Positions 21,601 through 30,617 of a stretch of DNA of 59,735 nucleotides are shown piece after piece. Origin of the DNA: a virus (taxonomy: Duplodnaviria > Caudoviricetes); the IMG/VR virus record IMGVR_UViG_3300024999_000115, positions 1-59,735 of that record; one strand, 5' to 3'. The position numbers were made by a program, and so were the translations under genes. Every line of letters starts with the position of its first letter. Position 1 is the stretch's first letter. Under the pieces are notes generated by a model, which worked only from the letters and a program-made list of their open reading frames with translations, had not been told where the DNA came from and did no database searches.

Positions 21601-24600
21601 ATGAATCAAAGGTAAAACAACTATTAAGTAAATACTTCAATGATAAACAATATCTGACGGCAGAAGAAGTTGACGATATTGCTTTTATTTATTGGGAATT
21701 TTCGTCATTGTCATATCAAGGAAGCGAATCATTTAGAGAGTACGACGTAACCGCTATGAGGTCGGTTATAAATCAATTTAATAAATTCAATAAAAATTAT
21801 CCTGATTTATCATTAACACACAATGATTTAAAAAAGAATGGATATTATCCAATCAATTCAGATCCCCGTTTCCGCATTCTCGGAGAAACCGGAGCAGCAA
21901 ATCTTGACAAAGCAGAAAGAGAAGAAAGACTAAAAAATGCTAATATTGAAGGTAAAAACTCTGATATGAAACCTGACCCAAGAGGCGGTGTTTATAATTC
22001 ACCTGAATATAGGCTTGCAAATAAAGTTCAATCAATACTTTCAGAAAGAGGTATTAATAAGAATTTTACGATAAGCGAAACCGATTTTGGTAATTCAATG
22101 TACTTCACTGTTTACGGTGAAAACACGAATGAGCCAAAATCAAAAATCAGAATTTCAGACCACAGTGTTTCAAATAAAGACAGAATATTTGGAGAACAAC
22201 ACGAATCTTCAAATTCAGACCCAAATAGAATTGCTGACGATATTGAACTATCAATGCACCCTGAACGATACGATAAAATAAAAACGGGAGTTAGGTATTA
22301 TTCAAAATGGAACAATCAATGGATAACAGAACCTGTTGAGAACGGTTACGCATGGGTTAAATCGAGAGATACACAAGCTACCGAATCAATGTTAAATGGG
22401 TTAAATCCTGAAACTGCAAGAGTTGTAAGCAAAACATTTTTAAGGGAAAGTAAATCAGGAAATAAAATTTATGATGCTGTAATTGAAAGACGTACAGAAG
22501 TAGGAGAAGAACCTATTTACAAATATGAAAGAAAAGCAGAATACGCTACTACACCCAAAGCAGAAGAAGCCACTACCCGATTGGATAATTTGGCTATTGC
22601 TCGTGAAATGGAAACTGATGGCAAAGATGAAAAGTCGATTAAACTCGCTACAGGATGGGAACGCGGAGCCAAAGACAACAAATGGAAATACGAAGTACCT
22701 GATATTGAATTAAATTTTACCTTTGATGAAGCTGTTAAAAACTTACTTAATGAAACATTAACACTATCAGATGTCGTAAACGATACTGAATTATTCAAAG
22801 CATATCCTGAATTAAAGAATACTAAAATTCAATTCTATGAGCGCAAAGCATTTGGAAGCACAGGGGGGACTGCCAATAGTGCTGAAAACACTATCAGAAT
22901 TGTACTTGAAACAAGGGAGCGAGAGATACCTGAATTGGGAGGTGGAAGAAGATATATTGCGATATTCCCTTATGATGACGCTTCTCTCAAATCGGTATTA
23001 TCGCACGAAATACAACATCTCATTCAAGGATTTGAAGGATTTGCAAGAGGAGGAAATAGAGAAACTGTACTTGATTCCATTATCAAAGATAGGATTCGTG
23101 AACTTCAAAAGGCTTTGGAAGTGGAAAACCTTACCCAAGAGCAAAAAGAAGATGTTGAAAAAAAGGTATATCGACAGTATCCAGAGCGATATAGAGCGTA
23201 TCAACAAATATCAGGTGAAGTCGAAGCAAGAAACGTTCAAAGAAGAATTGCACTTACACCAGAACAGCGCAGAGAAAGTCTGTTAGCCGAAACTCAGGAC
23301 GTTGCTACCAAAGACCAGATATTCCTTAGTGATGGATTAAACGCAAGTCTGGAAGCAGAACTAGAAGTCAAAACAGACCCAAAACTCGACATTTCCGACA
23401 AAGCACAACCCGATGTTAAAGACAGGAAGAACGCTTTAAATTCTTTGGAAGCCCTTGTTAAGCAATTTGGAGTACCAATATCAGTAATTCATTCCTCAGA
23501 GATTGGAGATGAAATAGGACTGGCTGCAAAACGCAAGAAAGGCACACCAGTTGCATTTTATTACAACGGTACAGCTTATATCATTTCTGACAAGGTTACT
23601 TCTGTATCTGACGTAAAACAGTCTTATTTGCACGAAGCAATACTTCACAAAGGATTGGATTTACTTTTCGAAGCTGGTCCGGTTACGGTCTTAGGAAAGG
23701 CATATAATACCAAAAATGAACTACTCGATGAAGTTTACAACCGATTGTCACCTGAATTGATAAGCGAAATTGCCAAAGAATACGTTGAAGATTACAAAGC
23801 AGGTCAGGAATTTACACCAAAACAGCAACGAGAAATAGCTGAAGAAGCATTGGCAAAACTGAACGAACTTGAAATTGTCCCATCCAGATTAGAGGTTTTC
23901 ATGGATTCACTTTGGAAATTCATCAAAAAACTGGTCGGATTTTCAAGTAAACAGTTTACCCGGACTGAATTACACAAAATGTTGGCAGACCACCGGAAAC
24001 AGGTTCAGAAGATTGCAAGAGGTGGAATAAGCGTTTCATCAGATAAGAAATTGAATGGTGCGCTTGATTTCTTTGCTGACCCTAATTTCCGCTTCCGTTC
24101 ACGCAACCCCGAAACTAACAGGTTTCTGGATGAATGGGAAGCCAAAAAGAAACTGAAAGCTGAAAAGAAAGTACAAACTCCACCTGTAACACCACCAAAA
24201 CCACCTGTTAAAAAGGATGCAACACCGGAGCCGGAACAGAAAGGCGGTAAAATAGTCGATAAAACAATTGTCACAAAACGTACTTATGAAGGCGACTTCG
24301 GGGATGCAATTGACCGTGAGTTGGAAAAAAAAGGACTTACCAGGGAAACACAGAACCAAAAAGAAGCCGAACAGATAGGACTTACCATTATTGAAATGGA
24401 AGGACTGGAAGGTGCATTGAACAGAGTGCGCTCAGGAGAGATTGGCGGCGCACCTGCCGGGGCAATCTGGCATGAAAAGCTTAAAGACATCGATAGCAAG
24501 ATGAATGCTGAAACAAACCCTGAAATGTATGACCTTTTAGCCAAAGAATACGCCGACATTACTGAGGAAATGGGTAATGTAGCGACATTGGCCGGTCAAT

Positions 24601-27554
24601 TCAGCGCATTTTTCAATTACATATACCAAACTTCTGATTTGGGATTCAATGCCGAAAAACTCATTCGTGACTATAAATTAATCAATAACGGTGAAATTAC
24701 GCCTGAATTAGAGGAAAAGTTTAAGAAACTTGCAAATGATTTTAAAGAAGTTCAGGAAAAACTGGCAGCCGAACAACTGAAGGTTAAAGAACTGGAAGAA
24801 CAGGCCGCCGTTGATGCTATTCGAAACTCAATTGAACGTCAGAACAGAAAGAAAGCAAAGGCTTCAGACAAAATCAGGGAAAAAACTGATAAGCTGGTTG
24901 CATTAATTGATTTAGGTAAACTCAACCGGCCCGGAATATTCTCAGCGGCTACTCCCGGTTCACTTGCTTGGGATTTGGGCCTTGAAACAGTAAAAACAGC
25001 GGTAAAAGCTACCGGAAGGACTATTGAAGCAATTGCGAAAGGTTGGGAGGCAATCAAATCAACCGATTGGTATAAAGAATTGGATGCACCAAAACAAAGA
25101 CAGGCCCGAAATGCTTATTTTGACTTCTTCACATCGCAGGATGACAAAAAAGACAAGAAAGAAAAGGAAATACCTACTTATCAATTAACCAAAAACGGGC
25201 TTAAAATTCCTCACGCTGTTATCCGCGACTTAGTAGAGCAAGGAATGGGAAATATTGACGACTTGACACAGGCCGTTTATGACATTATTGTTGAAGATTT
25301 CCCCGAAATAACCATGAGAGAGGTCAGGGATGCTATCACTGGTTATGGTTCAACAATGCAACAGAATCAGGAAGAAATTGAGAAGGAAATTCGCAAGATG
25401 AAATTTTTTGGACGGGTTCTTTCAGGTCTTGAAGATGTGGCCGAAGGTGAACGACCAAAGAAATCAGGGTTACAACGCGACAAACCAGACCCCGACCAAA
25501 GAGCAGCAAATAAACAATTAAGAGAAGCAATGAAACTTCTCCCTGTTGATGAACAGCGCAGGTTGGACCAGCAGAAAACACAACTTGACACGGCAAAACA
25601 GCGATTAATCAATCAGATCGAAGATTTGCAACGCGAAATTGACAAAGGCGAACTTACGCCAAAGAATGCCCGGACAATGCAGGAAGATGATGAACTTCGC
25701 CAACTCAGGGCCGCCAGAGATGCAAAAAAGGCTGAACACGCAGCATTATTTAATGATGAGGAATTTCTTAATAAGAAACGGATAGAACTTTCAAAAAAAG
25801 CAGTAAACAGGCGTATTGCTGAACTTGAAAAACGTATTGCCGATGGTGATTTTGCACCGAAAAAGCGAAAAGAGGTAATTGCTGACACCGAACTTATCCG
25901 GTTACGTGCAGAGAAACTTCGCATTCAGGAAGAATACAAAAAGGAAATGTTCAAAGCCAAACTCAGAAACCGGACACAGGCCGAAAAGGTTAAAGATGGT
26001 ATTTGGGATGCTTGGGGAATTACCAGGGCTTTACGTGCAACCGGTGAATTTTCATTTGTTGGCATTCAGGGATTGATTAATACAATTGCTCACCCGATTC
26101 AGGCTAAACAGGCTTTTAAAAACTCAATGAGATTCTTAACAAGCCAACGCAAAGCAGATGAATGGATGAACACCTTGAAATCACAGGACTATTATCAGAT
26201 GCTAAAAGAATCAAAACTTGCAATCACAGAACCAAACGCTGAACTTACTGCAAGGGAAGAACTCTTTTACTCAGGATGGACTGATATGATTTGGAATAAT
26301 GTTGGGAAGGTTTTAGGAAAAGATGCCGATTCGTGGATGGATTACAACCCACTCAGGGCCATTGAACGCGCAGCCGTTGGTTATCTCGATACTCAAAGGG
26401 TATTAAGATACATGGACGGTGTTGAAATGCTTAAAGAGAAAGGAATTGAGTTTACTCAGGCTAACAAACAGGCTTATGTTGAGATGGCCGACGTTATCAA
26501 TACATTCACCGGCAGGGGTTCAATCGGCAGATTAGACCCTGAACTTTTGACTAAAATATTCTTTTCACCCCGGAACTGGGCTTCTGTGATTAAAACAGCC
26601 ACACCATACGCATTTTATCACTTTGGAAAGAAAAGAGCAGGAGCCGAAGCATGGAAACCGTCTGTTGCTCAGAAAATGGCACTTGCTGACTTCTCTAAGT
26701 TTGTTGCACTCACAGCAAGTCTTGTTGCACTGGCCGCAATTGCTTTGAATGGTGACGATGATGATGAAAATAAGGTAGAACTTGACCCGAGAAGTACAGA
26801 TTTCGGCAAAATAAAGATTGGTGACACGAGAATTGACCCGTGGGGCGGCAGGATTCAGCAAATTGTTCTGATTTCACGCCTGTTAAGTGGTGACGTTAAA
26901 AACTCTTACGGTGAAGTAACTCCGATTGGAACTCCTTATAAGTCGCCAACCGGTGCAGAATTATTGCTTCAGATGGCAACAAATAAGCTGGCCCCGTCTG
27001 CTTCGATACTTTACAAGCACTTATCAGCCAAAGTTGATGCTGATGGTAATAAAGTTGACACATTTGGAGAGCCTTATTCGCTTCCGGGAACGCTCAAAGA
27101 GAATTTGTACCCTATCTATTGGGAAACTCTCTCGGAACTTGCCAAAGACGATATTACGGTGCTTGACGGGGTTCTCGCGGTATACGCTTTCTTTGGTGGA
27201 GGTGTGAATGTTTACGACCAGACACCGGAGAAAATGACTGACAGGAAACTGAAAGAGCAAACGCTTATCAAAACTCAGTTCAATGAGAAGATTTCAACCG
27301 GTTACAAGCTGACAAAAGAGGAAGAAGCGAAATACAATACAGCAATTGTTTCATCCAGATTAAAACAGCAATATGTAGTCTTGAAAACTCGCGCTACCCG
27401 TTACGAAAAAGAAGGAAACGAGAAAGCAGCGGAAAGATTGCGCCAACTGGTTGAAGAATCCAAACTCAAACTGAATGAAGCCGATAATGACTACAACACA
27501 ATGCAAAAAGAAAGTGACAGGCTGAAACAAATCATTAAACCGGATGAAGATTAA
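15630..27554 (+). CDS. Giant internal virion / large polyvalent protein (LPD1- and LPD23-like domains, zincin-like motifs)
   Basis: 3974 aa; FGFRGGEFGNW...AHEWFHALD...YWASPHEMAARAFE; ATGWERG..KWKYE; HEIQHLIQ...GEVEARNVQRR; HEAILHKG; hydrophobic segments near both ends. Confidence 0.75.
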   Translation: MEELTGIKGFLQKAVEKEGKTYDDNKANELLKAYNNDYDKLISDIAVRSGFTPEEVEPFKKRAYETFNIQPYQPDTPEQAVDYGPFDKATVEKYPQAKQNFERWQKENTPPKALVSTPEQEFLAPEAKKPVEQTFTQPYLSFEKDKHPYDLPTKSLPKSQFDVDYMNSRDDIQKGLTKEQQAKVISENIPTQTRVEEPEDVDFAKSMLTQIDDLIKAVKIPESSPLDVYEKNYGVYAGGVDLGDNQRNIASTTKATLEKAKDYYEAVANGDANAASKFWGGLKTIDLENTLTLGIKGMANNVDIYQAAKNYTAGKATPEEENLLIAKSMLDEIQSIAQKDRAISVGTGLGEMAPWLAQFAVTGGLGTGVAKATTSVLGKSLASKVAGRLVGSAAQTAAQVPMMVQGTAERMTDRYVVGEDGQLVQASEGEGFGEALLRTYANNYLENVSERLVGDAADKLARKGVGLFLKSKTFGKTPVADLVNWTRKNPYMKLTNRTLGLNTPLSENIEEAFTGLTQPFVTEDNWKGVKEGVGEYFTGENLYRTFLTTAAMGATMGGAQFPFQVYNVSQSEQGRKLVEEGFDEKAHGLFYGAATAETVEEREKYFTDLVKLTGLNKKEMNPVMHYYQTVLSQIENGIDPRRQPEIIQPEVSPETVVDPKIREENKVKTERQIQIDQKIKEVQDDEGNVTTVEVDGQKWYVKNSQDLGKPGWVIFIKNGTETKAVKADKLTNWTKQTPEEVKTDIANEDAFLEAEKQRHEAEIAKAANKGIVVGAEVENEFGTGVVTDISKEGVITAQDEEGKISTSTLDETAPVIEKPETEPGAVNIDELSSEDAFLELSKTDPKKAELVLRDDIDEAKATIAELNKSKKGKGREERATILESISKIQTEIDYLENKYFNNEKSTTTTGKTKQAGGSTTSQGENQAQTKTEVAKEQVLTPEVPEIVNNYKNNPEKLTENLGAPSVNQQIINSENDESLQKLSTSVNENEKSLPKLSEQSAEKIFDRLLKDEAGTDDYGIHGLIFDWNGSRYDEENDEIVFDETRSGTGTETSSKKEFIDYIISGQAEKEIPSAKDYIKQLKAIITEDTPAPVTTPELTEEQKPEVAKSINPNQPAIDKLKAEITGLQGDIKRKEKEINDRNGLFGDVASTPTDLFGQQGFDTANAKKVIEGYKAEISRKQSEIDKLTAAGETAAKEVQGQKELVIPETPDQLPDTGEKVEPELYSIKLMSKNNKQTGIYLYSTIIKIGDKYHFGESVKTSNPITKSDVNVNDLKIGREISEEFYEANGIKKVEKPVSEDKKEETPGEVQSPEKVEEQQIENPVEEITTENELEVIDKIESEQTVETEQEEDVLDDNESGETLEKLQDFGEKIGAARKDLAQRGYKMTPNSIPGWARKFNIGQFHGENTWTITVPQGTYFKTLGKGFKTKEEAHEALPLIAVSLNHRVYMNKDGKWSIFRKWSSGKQWEIKGGFETRDDAMKYMAENAVDIITKRSPVIERPHLDRIKRNRKDWRGGKNVTPEQFLEKFGFRGGEFGNWLASDERQSVLNMAYDAFMDMSEILGISPRALSMKGELSIGFGSRGHGLQGAAAHYEKERAVINLTRINGAGSLAHEWFHALDNYLAKLDGKSSSTRQEDGTFKQEERKFAYFSHGESTYPKTKVRNELLAVFKEIMNEINTREVVKDYDIPRIEKQIQSAKEDFDGRIAEIRDKGYRAITRTRDYGQKKKPATPEQLKKFDELVEKIRNGEIGEDKWHPSAKSRMKGKWMYDTEKEISDLVTQITGAAPNLGYGGNDNTGFLYSAINRIKRSELELSKAKAEGQYQTRIKSLFKSESESIDVSRSGSYWASPHEMAARAFEAFLEDETLRTGESQYLVYGARNIFYAMMGVKPYPEGQERVNIDNAFRKLFDTIQEKEEDGKAVLFRLAEEEKDNSETKSQNIRLSEYEKYENNISEASETKPYNNRLNRRSAVQQEVGNWDETRRKEFPRYESKVKQLLSKYFNDKQYLTAEEVDDIAFIYWEFSSLSYQGSESFREYDVTAMRSVINQFNKFNKNYPDLSLTHNDLKKNGYYPINSDPRFRILGETGAANLDKAEREERLKNANIEGKNSDMKPDPRGGVYNSPEYRLANKVQSILSERGINKNFTISETDFGNSMYFTVYGENTNEPKSKIRISDHSVSNKDRIFGEQHESSNSDPNRIADDIELSMHPERYDKIKTGVRYYSKWNNQWITEPVENGYAWVKSRDTQATESMLNGLNPETARVVSKTFLRESKSGNKIYDAVIERRTEVGEEPIYKYERKAEYATTPKAEEATTRLDNLAIAREMETDGKDEKSIKLATGWERGAKDNKWKYEVPDIELNFTFDEAVKNLLNETLTLSDVVNDTELFKAYPELKNTKIQFYERKAFGSTGGTANSAENTIRIVLETREREIPELGGGRRYIAIFPYDDASLKSVLSHEIQHLIQGFEGFARGGNRETVLDSIIKDRIRELQKALEVENLTQEQKEDVEKKVYRQYPERYRAYQQISGEVEARNVQRRIALTPEQRRESLLAETQDVATKDQIFLSDGLNASLEAELEVKTDPKLDISDKAQPDVKDRKNALNSLEALVKQFGVPISVIHSSEIGDEIGLAAKRKKGTPVAFYYNGTAYIISDKVTSVSDVKQSYLHEAILHKGLDLLFEAGPVTVLGKAYNTKNELLDEVYNRLSPELISEIAKEYVEDYKAGQEFTPKQQREIAEEALAKLNELEIVPSRLEVFMDSLWKFIKKLVGFSSKQFTRTELHKMLADHRKQVQKIARGGISVSSDKKLNGALDFFADPNFRFRSRNPETNRFLDEWEAKKKLKAEKKVQTPPVTPPKPPVKKDATPEPEQKGGKIVDKTIVTKRTYEGDFGDAIDRELEKKGLTRETQNQKEAEQIGLTIIEMEGLEGALNRVRSGEIGGAPAGAIWHEKLKDIDSKMNAETNPEMYDLLAKEYADITEEMGNVATLAGQFSAFFNYIYQTSDLGFNAEKLIRDYKLINNGEITPELEEKFKKLANDFKEVQEKLAAEQLKVKELEEQAAVDAIRNSIERQNRKKAKASDKIREKTDKLVALIDLGKLNRPGIFSAATPGSLAWDLGLETVKTAVKATGRTIEAIAKGWEAIKSTDWYKELDAPKQRQARNAYFDFFTSQDDKKDKKEKEIPTYQLTKNGLKIPHAVIRDLVEQGMGNIDDLTQAVYDIIVEDFPEITMREVRDAITGYGSTMQQNQEEIEKEIRKMKFFGRVLSGLEDVAEGERPKKSGLQRDKPDPDQRAANKQLREAMKLLPVDEQRRLDQQKTQLDTAKQRLINQIEDLQREIDKGELTPKNARTMQEDDELRQLRAARDAKKAEHAALFNDEEFLNKKRIELSKKAVNRRIAELEKRIADGDFAPKKRKEVIADTELIRLRAEKLRIQEEYKKEMFKAKLRNRTQAEKVKDGIWDAWGITRALRATGEFSFVGIQGLINTIAHPIQAKQAFKNSMRFLTSQRKADEWMNTLKSQDYYQMLKESKLAITEPNAELTAREELFYSGWTDMIWNNVGKVLGKDADSWMDYNPLRAIERAAVGYLDTQRVLRYMDGVEMLKEKGIEFTQANKQAYVEMADVINTFTGRGSIGRLDPELLTKIFFSPRNWASVIKTATPYAFYHFGKKRAGAEAWKPSVAQKMALADFSKFVALTASLVALAAIALNGDDDDENKVELDPRSTDFGKIKIGDTRIDPWGGRIQQIVLISRLLSGDVKNSYGEVTPIGTPYKSPTGAELLLQMATNKLAPSASILYKHLSAKVDADGNKVDTFGEPYSLPGTLKENLYPIYWETLSELAKDDITVLDGVLAVYAFFGGGVNVYDQTPEKMTDRKLKEQTLIKTQFNEKISTGYKLTKEEEAKYNTAIVSSRLKQQYVVLKTRATRYEKEGNEKAAERLRQLVEESKLKLNEADNDYNTMQKESDRLKQIIKPDED

Positions 27555-27556
27555 GC

Positions 27557-29773
27557 ATGGAACTCGACAAAAAGGCTTTAGACCGTCTTGCAGCGGAAAA
27601 GGGTAAAAAGTGCATCGATTCTTTTTACTTCTTTTTCCGAACTTTCTGGCCAGAAATGTCCGGGGACAAGTTTATTGATGCACCTCACATAAAATATATC
27701 TGTGATACTATTCAGTTTCACGCGATGAGGGTAATTCGCCGTGAATTGTGCATGGAAACACTGATAATTAACGTGCCGCCGGGTTCCAGTAAGTCAACCA
27801 TTGCAACAATCGCATTCCCTATGTGGGTTTGGCTTCATTCTCCGAACTTAACAAGTACAAACGTTTCCTATTCTGCCCGATTGTCTGAACGCCACGCAAA
27901 GAAAGCAAGGGCAATTACAGCAAGTGAAAAGTGGCATATCCTGTTTGACAACATTTTCATCGTTAAATTCGGCAAGCCGCTTGAAATTACTACCGAGAAC
28001 CAGAACAGCATTGAAAACAACTTTAAGGGTGAACGATTCAACACATCAGTTGATGGTACAATAACAGGGATGCACGCTGATTTCATCATAAAAGACGATA
28101 TGCAGGACCCGAAACAGGCCAAATCTGACACAATGCGCGACCACGCGAATGAATGGGACGAAGAAACATTGACCCATCGACATAAAGATGCTTCCTGCTT
28201 CCTTGATATTATCATTGCCCAAAGGTTACACGAAAACGATTTAACCGGTTACACGCTCAACAAACCGATTTCAACCACTCTTGTCAGTTTACCGGCAGAA
28301 ATTACCGAGGCTTCAACTGCTATCCCAAAATCAGCGTTAGAATTGTACACAAACGGGGTACTTGACCCGAACAGACGGCCAAAGGTTGTACTTGAAAACC
28401 TGAAAGCTGCTTCCGGGGCCGCTACTTACACCTGCCAATACTTACAAGTACCATTCAATCTGGAAGAACAAGCCATCAGGCCGTCAATGTTTGAGATTGT
28501 ACCAGAAAGACACGATATAACCTTTGATTTATGGATTGACGGAGCCTACACCGAGAAAACAGACAACGACCCATCGGGAATAATGGTTGCAGGATTCAAA
28601 GACAATACGTTATTCGTGAAACAAGTGTACAATGTCTGGAAAACACTACCTGATTTGCTCAAATTCATCGTACAATTAGGCGAGAATGGAGTATTTGACC
28701 CACAACAAGGCAGGATATTCATTGAACCAAAGGCTTCAGGATATTCGCTGGCCCAATACATCGAAAGTGATACCAATTACAATTTCGTGCTGATTGGCCA
28801 GAACACCAGCAAGGATGAAAAGAATATCGTACAGCAGGGAAAGACTGCCCGGCACAACATTATCCAACCAAAGGCAGAAAGTGGCAGAATTAAGCTATTT
28901 AAGGGCAATTGGAATGATGATTACCTCACTCAGCTTTGCGGATTCCCACGCGCAGCACATGACGAACAAGTTGATAACACCGGTTATGCCGTTCATCACT
29001 ATTTTATGAATCAAAATACATTTATTGCTCAATACACCCTCAATCGATTGGAGAAATCAGTAACCGATTCTGTTCCGGTTGAAATCACTTCTCAGATTGA
29101 CAAATTCACAATCTCAGCAGATTACAGGGAAACACCAAAAGGCGACACCCAATTGTTCGACTATCCGACCAAATTGCTGAAATATCGCTATGTCGTTAGC
29201 CTGGTTCTCACCTCGGAAGGCGAACGGGCCGGAAAGACGGTTATTGTGGCTCTGGATAGAACAAACAACTCTGTGCCGGCAATGTTCTTGTCTGAATCTA
29301 TCGACCCGAAAAAGGCCGGAATTAAGGCGCTGGAACTGGCAGCGATATTTGACAATGCTAAATTGATTATTGGGGTTAAAAGAGAAGTTTCGACCACTCA
29401 AAACGAAGAAAACGACCTTTCACATATCGCAATCGCTGAAATACGCAAAACCAGGTACGATAACATCTTTTCCCGGCTGGTCCAGAACAACATCAAAAAG
29501 GTCAGGGAAAAAGAATACGGGTTTGAAATCAACCGAAGCAGCACAAGAGAGGTGTTTTACCACCTGAAAGATTCAGTTGAATCAAACAAGGTTAGTTCTG
29601 TACCTTTGGAAGTGTTCTCTGAAATGAAACTACTGGAACGCAAGAAAGAAACCGGGGAAATCGGTTCACATGAAGGTTATCAGGCTAATGCTGTTTTGGC
29701 TTATGCTGTTGCTTTGAAAGTGAGTGACGAAATGTATGATAAGGTGACTGTTAAAAGAAATGAGAATTGGTGA
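27557..29773 (+). CDS. terL: Terminase large subunit with extra C-terminal domain
   Basis: NVPPGSSKS Walker A, FIIKDD Walker B, AQRLHENDL, WIDGAY / IEPKASG / HDEQVD nuclease motifs. Confidence 0.92.
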   Translation: MELDKKALDRLAAEKGKKCIDSFYFFFRTFWPEMSGDKFIDAPHIKYICDTIQFHAMRVIRRELCMETLIINVPPGSSKSTIATIAFPMWVWLHSPNLTSTNVSYSARLSERHAKKARAITASEKWHILFDNIFIVKFGKPLEITTENQNSIENNFKGERFNTSVDGTITGMHADFIIKDDMQDPKQAKSDTMRDHANEWDEETLTHRHKDASCFLDIIIAQRLHENDLTGYTLNKPISTTLVSLPAEITEASTAIPKSALELYTNGVLDPNRRPKVVLENLKAASGAATYTCQYLQVPFNLEEQAIRPSMFEIVPERHDITFDLWIDGAYTEKTDNDPSGIMVAGFKDNTLFVKQVYNVWKTLPDLLKFIVQLGENGVFDPQQGRIFIEPKASGYSLAQYIESDTNYNFVLIGQNTSKDEKNIVQQGKTARHNIIQPKAESGRIKLFKGNWNDDYLTQLCGFPRAAHDEQVDNTGYAVHHYFMNQNTFIAQYTLNRLEKSVTDSVPVEITSQIDKFTISADYRETPKGDTQLFDYPTKLLKYRYVVSLVLTSEGERAGKTVIVALDRTNNSVPAMFLSESIDPKKAGIKALELAAIFDNAKLIIGVKREVSTTQNEENDLSHIAIAEIRKTRYDNIFSRLVQNNIKKVREKEYGFEINRSSTREVFYHLKDSVESNKVSSVPLEVFSEMKLLERKKETGEIGSHEGYQANAVLAYAVALKVSDEMYDKVTVKRNENW

Positions 29774-29820
29774 TTATTCTTCGTACCAATAAGCTATTAA
29801 AAATATCATATCAATTCGTT

Positions 29821-30060
29821 TTAACATTCATCTTCAGTTGCTTCCCTAAAATTCCAAATATGATAAAGTCCAATGATTTTACCTGTTCTAAAATCATGTA
29901 AAATACAATGTTCTGTATTATTGGGTATTTCTCCTAAAAAAACAAACAATTCCCCTTTAGGAAATGTGTTCTTGAAGTATTGTTCGTAATCTTCTTTGGA
30001 GCAAGAATTTTCATCAAATACAACCAAAGCGTTTTGTCTTATTTTTTTTCTACGTCCCAT
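29821..30060 (-). CDS. Hypothetical protein
   Basis: 79 aa ORF following the HTH gene. Confidence 0.6.
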   Translation of the reverse strand: MGRRKKIRQNALVVFDENSCSKEDYEQYFKNTFPKGELFVFLGEIPNNTEHCILHDFRTGKIIGLYHIWNFREATEDEC

Positions 30061-30064
30061 GTTT

Positions 30065-30256
30065 CTACTTTTTTATTAGTCTTATTTCATATCCTAAATA
30101 CTCAGCATACTTAACAAGTACATCGTAGGGCATTTTTCGCCTTCCAGATTCATACCTGCTTAATGTAGTGGAATTGATTCCGAGGGTTCCGGTTAAATCA
30201 TCCTGACTAACCTTTTTTTCTTTCCTGATTTGTATTAAACTGCTTAATATATCCAT
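30065..30256 (-). CDS. XRE-family HTH protein
   Basis: IRKEKKVSQDDL...TTLSRYESGRR; likely start MDILSSL. Confidence 0.85.
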   Translation of the reverse strand: MDILSSLIQIRKEKKVSQDDLTGTLGINSTTLSRYESGRRKMPYDVLVKYAEYLGYEIRLIKK

Positions 30257-30314
30257 TAGTACATTATTTACCCGCGTTTCTTGTACAAATGTATAATTAT
30301 TATTCAGAATATAA

Positions 30315-30503
30315 CTATGAACTGTCAATAATTAACTCAATCAGCCTCCCATTCACATAAATCCTGCTCCTGATTTTGCCCTCATCCTTCAATCGGTTCA
30401 GTTCATCCCGGCCAGCTTCGCCAAACCGGTTTAAAAGTTCAACCAGCGTAAAATAAGGGAACTTTGTACGGGAATATTTCTCCGTGAGATATTGTTCAAC
30501 CAT
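30315..30503 (-). CDS. Small winged-helix-like protein
   Basis: TLVELLNRF..GRDELNRLKDEGKIRSR pattern. Confidence 0.5.
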   Translation of the reverse strand: MVEQYLTEKYSRTKFPYFTLVELLNRFGEAGRDELNRLKDEGKIRSRIYVNGRLIELIIDSS

Positions 30504-30537
30504 TTTACACCTGTTTTGTACCTATTTTATGCACCTA
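30503..30537 (-). repeat. Three tandem integrase arm-type-like repeats (second cluster)
   Basis: Minus strand TAGGTGCATA, TAGGTACAAAA, CAGGTGTAAAA match the repeats flanking attP at 52783-53019. Confidence 0.6.
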
Positions 30538-30617
30538 TCCGGTTTTTAATATCTCTCATAAACGTTGATTTTACTGCTATTTCAGCGGTTTTTAATGTAG
30601 TCCTGTAAGGATTAATG

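Noticed and set aside
16711-27260. Antisense and alternative-frame ORFs within the giant gene
   Set aside because: Low-complexity shadows of a biased coding strand, with no motifs
1689-29773. Stop-codon reassignment as in some crAss-like phages
   Set aside because: Long genes are intact under code 11 and TAA, TAG and TGA all serve as stops; only one internal TGA was seen, in a decaying cassette
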